Positions 54,230 through 64,000 of a DNA stretch of 64,000 nt are shown here, piece after piece. The translations under genes were made by a program, and so were the position numbers. Each line of letters opens with the position of its first letter. Positions within the stretch are counted from its first letter, which is position 1. The notes under the pieces are model-generated. The model was not told where the DNA came from. It searched no databases and saw only the letters and a list, made by a program, of their open reading frames with translations. This DNA is from Octopus vulgaris. Lineage: Eukaryota. Location: the NCBI GenBank assembly GCA_951406725.2, contig OX597818.1:34348001-34412000 (forward strand). The letters run 5' to 3'.

Positions 54230-55220
54230 ACACACACACACACACGAGGTTTTCTTTACAGTTTCCGTCTACTAAATCTACCCACAAAACTTTATATATA
54301 TATATATTCTTTCAGTTTCCGTCAACCAAATCTACCCACAAGGCTTTGGTCGGCCCGAGGGTATATAAGAAGACACTTGCCCAAGATGCTATGCAGTAGT
54401 ACTGAAACCGGAACCATGTGATTGGGAAGCAAGTTTCTTATCACACAACTATGCATGCGCCTGTGTGTGTGTGTGTGTGTGTGTGTATGCTCCCCCCCCC
54501 CCGCCACCGCTTGACAACAGGTGCGTGTGTATTTACATTCCCGTAAGCTAGCGGTTCGGCAAAAGAGGCCGATAAAGTAAATACCAGGCTTTCAAAAAAA
54601 AATGATAATTTCTAGGGTCGATACAAAAGACTAAAATCTCAAGGCGGTGCCCCAGCATGGCCGCAACCTAATGACTGAAACAAGCAAAAGATAAAAGATA
54701 AAAGATGATAAACATCCGATTTTCTAAAAGCCATGTGGAAGCAAATTTGGTGGAAGCACACTTGTGTAGGTATGTCTTTGACTAGGTTATACCAGTAATT
54801 TCCAACGTTTTTACTCATAGATAATCCTTGAAATGCATCCCGTGTCTCCGACAGGGAAAAGTTGGTTTATGGCACCGGAATATCGAAACCAATATTCCGA
54901 TGGAAGAATTCTTATCTTATGCCCGACGGCATAATGAATGTCTTGTAAAGGTACATACATCGAGCGATGCCCAAGCAACACCTATAAGAAGACAAAGGGC
55001 ATTGCCTTTTCTCTCATAAAGTACATTTTTTAAACAAAACTAAAAACATGAATTTTATGGAAATTTTCGAAACAAAAATGTGACGTGATTTGTAAGGAAG
55101 GCGTTGTTTTTAAAATTCCAATAATTTGTCTACATTCTGGAAATTAAATTATGTCTGTTTTAGTATTCAAACTTTCTTTAACATACCACTTTATCTTGGT
55201 ATGTAAGAGTGTCTCTCTAG

Positions 55221-55328
<108 letters not shown>

Positions 55329-55527
55329 TTAATAAGGGTGAGAGAATTAGATACTAATGTATTTTTGTGGTTGAAACCTTTTGGATTAACTGGTGCTAGA
55401 GTGAGCCATATAGTGACCACTCTCTTATATTTATTATATATATATATATATATTTATATATAAGAATATTTTGCGTAATAAGAAAAAACCAAGGCTGTGT
55501 TGATATTAGAGCATTTATACATAGAAG

Positions 55528-55579
55528 GTCTTACAGCTGTTTCTAGGATATTTATTAATTATATCCCTTCATCGGAGAC
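55528..55579 (-). ncRNA. minimal hammerhead ribozyme motif (U4C)
   Basis: Minus strand GTCT-CCGATGA-AGGGATAT...ATATCCTA-GAAA-CAGCTG-TA|AGAC. Confidence 0.6.
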
Positions 55580-55960
55580 GGTGTGGGAGGATAGTTAAGC
55601 CATAGTTAGGTTAGATGTGATACAAAATGGAGAGTGAGGTGGAGGAAAGAAAATAGATGCAAGATATGTATGGATACTGAAGTTGTAAATCCATTTTTTT
55701 AGGCATAATGGCATATATGCAGTATTCCAATATCCTATGAGTAAAGTCCAAAAGTCCAACAGAGTTTAAAATGAGTCCTTCCAAATATAGAGTTTATAAG
55801 CAATGTAAGATTCCCTTATGAGTGAGATCCAGCAGATTTTTTAAAATCTTTATTCGCAATATTACCGAATATAGAACTTAACTATAGTCTGTCTATAGCA
55901 CTTATTCAGCATTACCTGACACCTTTGGTTCTCAATGACACCATTATTTCTTATAACCTC

Positions 55961-56030
<70 letters not shown>

Positions 56031-56140
56031 TAATGATTATGTTGGTGTTTGTCTATAAAGTAAAGTGGTTTGGGATCTGAAAATATATTTATTTAACCAC
56101 GTGACATCCATAAGAATATGGCCGTTTCGCAGCCTACATT

Positions 56141-56259
<119 letters not shown>

Positions 56260-57021
56260 CTATAGCTTTGGGTCGACCAAAACCTTGTGAGTGGATTTGG
56301 TAGACGGAAACTAAAAGAAGCTCATCTTATATGTGTGTGTATGTGTGTGTGTGTGTCTGTGTGTGTGTGCTTGTATGTCTGTTTGTCCCCCCTCACCATC
56401 GCTTGACAACCGCTGTTGGTGTGTTTACGTCCCCGTAACTTAGCGGCTCGACAAAAGAGACCAAAAGATTAAGTACTAGGCCTTCAATGAATAAGTCCTG
56501 CGGCCGATTTGTTCCACTATAGGCGGTGCTCCAGCATGACCGCAGTCAAATGACTGAAACAAGTAAAAGAATTGATAGATAGATAGATAGATACATACAT
56601 ACATACATACATACATACATACATACATACATACATACATACATACATACATACATACATACATACATACATACATACATAGATTCATAGATATGTATAT
56701 ATACACAGGCTCACACATTCATGTTTATCTATTTACGCAATGTGGGAATAAATAGTATCTGAAAAAAACCATTCAAAAATACTTTACTTCGTACAACATC
56801 ATTCAAAAATTCAGTCTGGTCACATTCTCTTCTAGTCACGTAATTTGCCCTGTTTACATTTAAGATTTAAAAGTTCCCAACACCAAGGAACACGCATCTT
56901 AATCTATAAACTATCTCCTCAACAGCACTTTCATAAAATACTTGTCGCCAGACCAGCTGGATCAGCTTCGCTATGTAGCATAAGTATTGATAGAGAGTAT
57001 GTACGTGGGTGGACACACACA

Positions 57022-57094
<73 letters not shown>

Positions 57095-57315
57095 ATTGCA
57101 CTGTTTATATGAAACGTAAACTTCCTAGAACTTATTGGGGGCAAAATCGATTAAAGAAAGTAAATAGAACTGTAGGAGGTGTTGATAGCAATACTTTAAT
57201 TTCGATAACCTTTGATGTTACTTCTTCATCCGAAAGTCAAACACGATTTCCATGATGATGATGATGATGGTGATCGTCGTCGCCATCGTCGTCGTCGTCG
57301 TCGTCATCCTCCTCC

Positions 57316-57369
<54 letters not shown>

Positions 57370-57457
57370 ATTATATTGTTTATTGCTTCAATGATTTTCA
57401 TGCGAGTTTCTACTTCATCCCGCCATTTGCTTCACACACACACACACACACACACAC

Positions 57458-57750
57458 ATGGTTAGAGCGTCGAGCTTAAGATCGTGAGGGTGAGTTCGAT
57501 TCCCGGACCGGGCTGCGTGTTGTGTTCTTGAACAAGGCACTTTATTTCACGTTGCTCCAGTTCAATCACCTGTAGAAATGAGTTGCAACATCACTGGTGC
57601 CAAGCTGTATTGGCCTTTGCCTTTCCCTTGGATAACACTAGTGGCGTGGAGAGGGAAGGCCGTTATGCATGGGCGACTACTGGTCTTCTATAAACATCCT
57701 TGCCCGGACTTGTGCCTGGGAGGGTAACTTTCTAGGTGCAATCCCATGAC
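57458..57750 (+). mobile_element. SINE family E; copies at 34965-35290(-) and 14660-14810(-)
   Basis: tRNA-like head, GTGTTCTTGAACAAGGCACTTT core, tail ...TTTCTAGGTGCAATCCCATG. Confidence 0.8.
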
Positions 57751-57764
57751 CGAAGGGGGTCTCC

Positions 57765-57837
<73 letters not shown>

Positions 57838-58130
57838 ATAAGAAGTTTGAAAACGTCACTATATAAGATAAATTTTAATTTTCTTAGAGATTTTACGTTT
57901 CGGTTCTTCTTGAAAAAACGAACCTTATCTTAAATATTTTTAAAAGTGTAATAAAAAATTTCATAATTGTTTCTTACTAATCTCAACAGAGTCCACGTGG
58001 TGGTGTTTGTGGTGGGGAGCATAATGGCAGTCTTGTGCGTTGACTAGATTCGTTGGCTGTAATTGTGAAAATAACCGGTGGCCGAAATAGCAGTAGTAAC
58101 AGTGTTGTTATATATATAACAATTATATAT

Positions 58131-58220
58131 ATAACAACAAATGTTTCAAACAAGTTTCTTTTATTAATGAATAGAGATATTACATCGTGTAAGAAAAAAA
58201 AAACGTTTTCATCAGGTGAA
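58131..58220 (-). ncRNA. degenerate long-loop hammerhead motif
   Basis: Minus strand CTGATGA-AAAC...GTTT-GAAA-CATTTG-TT; stem I is weak. Confidence 0.35.
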
Positions 58221-58911
58221 TATACACGAATCGAACATTTAAAAAAGATATTCCAAATATCAACAATTTGTGTCACTTTATGATTCCTTGACCAGCTTCA
58301 GTCAAAGAATGAATTCGTTCAATCAAAATAGTTTATACAGGAAAAACATTAATGTGACAATGTTTCATGAAAGCTATAAAATACACACACAACACACACA
58401 CACACTCACACACATACAATAATATATATATCATGGATTTTCTCTCATATCTGTATGTATATATATATATATATAAATTAGAAAAAAATACCTTTTATCA
58501 ATTCAAAATGAAAAATTAAATTACACCATCTAGAAAATTACATATAATAGAAAGATTAAATATACGATAAAAAATATAAATATAACGTATATATTTGGTA
58601 TATATTACATATAATAGAAAGATATTGTGTGTGCGTGTTATGCCCTGTTAATTGCATTTGTATTTGTGTAACATTTCTCCGCTTTTTTCCGTCCTTGTTT
58701 TCGTATACATTCGCTGCTTTCTTCCAAGGAATCTAATGCTCTTAGCTTAGTTTTTCCTTGGGGCTGGCCAGATTGGAGTAATCTCGAGTATAACCAGCTG
58801 AAATTGCAAAGATAATCTGGAACTCAACTGAGGATAGAAAACTCCGAATGACGCGTCCTTGTTTTCTTTGTATCGTCTGTCTGGATGTTTTGCGTTCTTG
58901 TCCCATTTTTG

Positions 58912-58987
<76 letters not shown>

Positions 58988-59473
58988 GATTCAATTGAAT
59001 TAGGTACTTAAATTAAAATACCTTGCTAGTTTGGTATAATCTGCACACCCCAACTTATTATTATTTGAATATTGAATATCAAGACCCCCGTGTAGGCGTA
59101 TTTGAATATTGAATATCAAGACCCCCGTGTAGCCGTATCTGTACCCAATATTCCTGTCGTGTGTATGGACAACGCAATCCAGCGAAGTGAAGATATCTGC
59201 TCTTGGTAATTCAGACGTACTTTTTATAAAGGTACTTTCTATGGTATTTCCGAAGTGCCGATTCCAAGTTAGGTGTACAGAATATAAATAAGTAACAAAG
59301 ATGTACATGTATCAATTCATTACGTTCGTTTCAAGCAGCTCCATTTAATTGATTAATGAAAACATTACATAAATTTGAAAGAAATCATTCTCGTCAGATG
59401 AACGCATAGACTTCAAACATAAAGAATAAAAGGGTTTTTAAATGGTTTATCCTTTATGTCTAAATTTTATGCG

Positions 59474-59560
59474 TTCATCTGACGAGAACAGTTTCTTTCA
59501 AACTGATGCAATGTTTTCATTAATCAATGGAATGAAGCCGTTTGAAACAGCCGTAATGAA
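59474..59560 (+). ncRNA. type I hammerhead ribozyme motif with long loop II
   Basis: TTCAT-CTGACGA-GAAC...GTTT-GAAA-CAGCCG-TA|ATGAA; a diverged mirror copy lies on the minus strand at 59316-59402. Confidence 0.7.
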
Positions 59561-59605
59561 ATGACACCTGTACATCTTTGTTACTAATTTATACATATAC
59601 ATATA

Positions 59606-59839
59606 TGTGCGCACATGCGTGTGTTCGCGTATGCGTGAGTGCGCGTATGCGTGTGTGCGCGTATGCGTGAGTGTGCGTATGCGTGAGTGCGCGTATGCGT
59701 GAGTGCGCGTATGCGTGTGTGCGCGTATGCGTGTGTGCGCGTATGCGTGTGTGCGCGTATGCGTGTGTGCGCGTATGTGTGTGTGCGCGTATGCGTGCGT
59801 CGTCTGTATACATCACACATATTTGTGGGTAGCTGGCTG

Positions 59840-59908
<69 letters not shown>

Positions 59909-60005
59909 GGATGGATGGATGGATGGATGGATGGATGGATGGATGGACGGACGGACGGACGGACGGACGGACAGACGGACGGACGGACGGACGGACGGAC
60001 GGACG

Positions 60006-60074
<69 letters not shown>

Positions 60075-60107
60075 GTAGTTAGGTAGGTAGGTAGGTAGGT
60101 AGGTAGT

Positions 60108-60202
<95 letters not shown>

Positions 60203-60223
60203 GTAGGTAGGTAGGTAGGTAGG

Positions 60224-60307
<84 letters not shown>

Positions 60308-60312
60308 CAGAC
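59606..60312. repeat. compound mini/microsatellite block ((GCGCGTATGCGTGTGT)n, then GATA/GGAT/GGAC/GACA/GGTA runs)
   Basis: Direct reading. Confidence 0.95.
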
Positions 60313-60721
60313 ATGCCTTTCTTTATCTAGACATCATTCTAAATAGTATTTTTTGAGAATGATAGTCTCTGAGGACGGAAATGTATAGTCTTGTCAGTAT
60401 CTCTCTGTTGTTTTAAGAAGATAGACACTTCTCAGTTACAGTATCTTCTTCATATGCTGGCAGAAGATCTGTGTTTTTAACCCTATCGATGAATGACACT
60501 CAATAACGGAATGTTTGAAAGGAATTAACGGCTGTGGATTGCTAAACATAAGCCTTCAGTTATGTAATAGTACCAATAATAAACTCTGACACAAGCAGAA
60601 GGCTACAACGTTAAAGAAGAAGAGTCTGTCCATAATATTGATCTCCAGCACATGACTAGCACGTTACTTTATCCAGTCCAGAAGGATAACCAGCAAAGGC
60701 GCTTTCGTAATATGTTGAGTG

Positions 60722-61465
60722 TTTTAGCACGCCTGGCGAAACGCTAGCGGTATTTCGTCTGCCGTTACATTCTGAGTTCAAATTCCGCCGAGGTCGACTT
60801 TGCCTTTCATCCTTTCAGGGTCGATTAAATAAGTGCCAGTTACGCACTGGAGTCGATATAATCGACTTGATACCTATGTCTGTCCTTGTTTGTTCCCTCT
60901 GTGTTTAGCCCCTTGTGGGTAATAAAGAAATAGGTATTTCGTCTGTCATTACGTTCTGAGTTCAAATTCCGCCGAGGTCGACTTTGCCTTTCATCCTTTC
61001 GGGGTCAATAAATTAAGTACCAGTTGCGTACTGGAGTCGATATAATCGACTTAATCCGTTTGTCTGTCCTTGTTTGTCCCCTCTGTGTTTAGCCCCTTGT
61101 GGGCAGTAAAGAAATCGGTATTTCGTCTGCCGCTACGTTCTGAGTTCAACTTCCGCCGAGGTCGACTTTGCCTTTCATCCTTTCGGGGTCAATAAATTAA
61201 GTACCAGTTGCGTACTGGGGTCGATATAAACGACCTAAGCCGTTTGTCTGTCCTTGTTTGTCCCCTCTGTGTGTAGCCCCTTGTGGGCAGTAAAGAAATC
61301 GGTATTTCGTCTGCCGCTACGTTCTGAGTTCAAATTCTGCTGAGGTCGACTTTGCCTTTCATCCTTTTCGGAGTCAATAAATTAAGTACCAGTTGCGTAC
61401 TGGGTCGATCTAATCGACTGGCCCCCTTCCCAAAAATTTCGGGTCTTGTGCCTAGAGTAGAAAAG
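60722..61465 (+). mobile_element. head-to-tail array of SINE family A (4 units)
   Basis: About 184-bp period; 13-bp TSD AATATGTTGAGTG (60709-60721, 61466-61478). Confidence 0.9.
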
Positions 61466-61569
61466 AATATGTTGAGTGCGTATATGTATGCATGCGCTCT
61501 TATGGCTGGCAGGATGGATGGATGGATAACTTAGTAAACTTAGGTTTCCATCATTCTTGGCTCGGGTTA

Positions 61570-62010
61570 TGTCTCACTTAATAGTAGAATCTGGGGTAAA
61601 CCTTTAAGTTATGTTTTGGGACATGGTAGCCCACTCGAGTTGGGAGATGTTGTCTACCGATAAGTGTACGGTGGGTGAAGGGATACATATCAGTTGATTT
61701 TTCTAGTATTTGTTGGAGAAGTTTGTTCAGGTACCGTTTGAATGTTACGGGGTCTTTTTCTTTCTTTCTGGAAGATGTTGAGCAAGGCAGGACCAGTTGA
61801 GGTAAAAAGTTGTGTCGCAATGACGTTTTGTAATGTGAGCTCGATCTTTGTAGAGAGCATATGAAGTTTAGCCTTGACTCGGGAGTTTAGCTTTGATTAA
61901 CTTGTAAACTTGATACTGGCATTGGTTGATGGGATATTTTCTACATTGTACAAATTATATAGCGCTCACAGTGGAGTTGGAAAAAATAGAGTGTGAATTT
62001 TTGGAGTGAT
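61570..62010 (-). mobile_element. CR1/L2-group LINE C-terminal fragment
   Basis: PVTFKRYLNKLLQQI motif typical of RT ORF2 C-termini; frameshifted. Confidence 0.45.
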
Positions 62011-62379
62011 ACCAATAACCATGGTCTAGTGTACCATTTTTTTCCCTTTTTATTTTGAGATTGATCTCTGGATGCTTCAGTTCTCATCATCATCATCATC
62101 ACCACGACCATCATCACCATCCGTTTCCTAGTCACCATCATCACTATCGTCGTCGTCGTCGTCATTATACGCAGTCTGCAGGCAGGCGTTAACGCCTGTC
62201 GATATGAAATGCTACTGAATCATAGTGTCAGGAGTGAGTTGTCCTCCTCTGTTAGTTTCTGTCCTCAGCTGTTGTGGTTCAACTGCGAGTATCAAAGTCC
62301 AATCTTCTCCTGATATGTTAAGCCGTATCCTTGTATCTCAGTTTGGATTTACCTTGATTTCACGTACAACTAGGCAAAT

Positions 62380-62545
62380 ATGAAGAGAATACATGTTTTA
62401 AACGATGCTGTCCCAGAACAAATCGTGAAACAAATTATAACCTTCACACACTCCCTGGACAAATTCCTTCATGGAATAGCATACAAACCACCGACATCCG
62501 GCTACGTTTCGTTCAAAAGCAACTCATTGCTTGATTGGTCTTTGG
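62380..62545 (+). mobile_element. CR1/L2-group LINE C-terminal fragment
   Basis: FTHSLDKFLHGIAYKPPTSGY...NSLLDW. Confidence 0.45.
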
Positions 62546-63398
62546 TGTCCTTAGACACGATTCAGGCCAATACAAACCGAAACCTAACGTTTTATATACG
62601 TGTGTGTAGATGTATGTGTATGTATGTGTATATCTTAGTGTGTTTGTGCATGTGTACACACATACATAATGCACAAATACGTTTAAATATGTAAATAGTT
62701 GCGTGTGTATGTGTGTATGCACGTGAATGTAGCATTTGCCTAAGATATCTGAGAACAAGTAGAGACAGTTGTAACAAAATAAACTCGTAAACAAATCTCA
62801 CTGACAAGTTAGTAACTAGAGCCGATATATGCCAAGGGAAACAGTTCCATGGTGCGGTTAAGACTTCTGTTTTATAACTTGTAAAGGAAAATGCTAAATA
62901 TGGCACATTTATTAAGGTTCACGACACACCCACACGATTAGCATGTGTTTGACATGACAAATTACCGAAATTTATTTCAATGTTCATAAGAACGTCGGTA
63001 ACCCGAGAATATTCTTCACTCACTTGATTCTTGTTAGTTCTTGTTAGTTAGCTTCTCAGTTTCTTAAATTAAATATCAGAGGAGTTGTAGAGGGTTAAAT
63101 ATATTAGGGTATAGAATGACCGTGTGTCCGTATCTTGTTACCGGTACTCACATTGTAGTCTTTGTCACACGGGCGCACGTACACACATACGCGCGCGCGC
63201 ATCTAATTTCACTGAAAAACCCCTTTTAATTCGAAGGCATGGCAGTGTAGTTAAGAAGTTCTCTTCTCAACCATGTGATTCTGGGTTCAGTCCCATTGTG
63301 TCTCCCGCAATGATATCAAGTAGATCAATATCTTGTAAGTGGGACTTTTGCTTGACGAAAATTGTGAGGAAGCCTTTCGTATAAATACTTATAAATAC

Positions 63399-63452
<54 letters not shown>

Positions 63453-63479
63453 ATATTCATCCAATATATATCAGCGAAG

Positions 63480-63920
63480 GATAGACAACAGTGAGAAATC
63501 CGCTAAAACAAGCACTCTTCCAACGATATGCTTTATAGAACTTATTCTACAACAAGTTATAGACACTCGCTTGGCAGTTGTGTCGTCAGATAAAAATCCT
63601 GACACTTGCAACTGTGTTTGTTGCAACGTTGTGTTGAAAAATGCTAACAAATCAATGCTGTTAGCTCATAAAAACACTGCCAAACGCAGGAAAGCTTTTG
63701 ATTGTGCGACATCTGCTATTAAATTAGATCCATTTATTGTTAAAAAAAAACAGGTGATACATTAAATGAAAAAGTAGCTAAGACAGACTTGCTATTAACA
63801 TGTTATGTTGCTGTATATCATGTACCTTTCATCCATATAAATCAGCTGAAATTTGTAAAAATGCCTTTCCCGATAGTGAAATAGCTAAAAATCTACAAAT
63901 GAATAAACAAAATTAACAAA
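63480..63920 (+). mobile_element. decayed DNA-transposase N-terminus (BED-like zinc finger)
   Basis: CVCCNVVL...MLLAHKNTAKR followed by frameshifted sequence. Confidence 0.35.
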
Positions 63921-64000
63921 CACTAGCACTATGACCCGGCAACGCATATACAGCTGCGTGCGTGCACACATACACGCGAGTACTGTCCAAATCTCTGACC

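Noticed and set aside
57212-57394. Asp/Arg/Pro-rich ORF
   Set aside because: Compound (GAT)(CGT)(CCT) trinucleotide repeat with no splice or homology support.
60363-60390. CTGAGGA-CG-GAAATGTA
   Set aside because: No room for stem II and poor stem I; likely chance.

Overview
AT-rich, microsatellite- and SINE-dense animal genomic DNA. The SINE repertoire and the (TA)n/(TACA)n/(TAA)n load resemble an octopus/cephalopod genome (inference). Almost all ORFs in the supplied track are microsatellite or SINE noise. Two real genes are supported. (1) A + strand 9-exon protein-coding gene (20703-48573, 615 aa, all junctions GT-AG and phase-consistent) encoding a low-complexity N-terminus, a coiled-coil-like segment and a C-terminal SAM domain. 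(2) An intact tRNA-Gln(TTG) at 51966-52037. The rest is mobile DNA: at least five tRNA-derived SINE families (some in head-to-tail arrays with one TSD), a decayed L1/Tx1-type LINE, Tc1/mariner remnants, R4/Dong-like fragments in (TAA)n, hAT, Tigger and Merlin-like MITEs and DINE-1/Helentron-like elements. The main unexplained signal is a set of short, mutually unrelated, non-coding fold-back (palindromic) inserts, mostly in or beside (TA)n tracts. Many carry type I hammerhead ribozyme motifs (stem I-CUGANGA-stem II-GAAA-short palindromic stem III-UH-stem I), including long-loop II forms and U3:A8, U4C and A6U core variants. In two cases the inversion point sits on a ribozyme helix. This suggests a microsatellite-associated, ribozyme-bearing, non-autonomous Penelope-like/retrozyme system. 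Ribozyme calls are by-eye motif and pairing matches; activity is untested.
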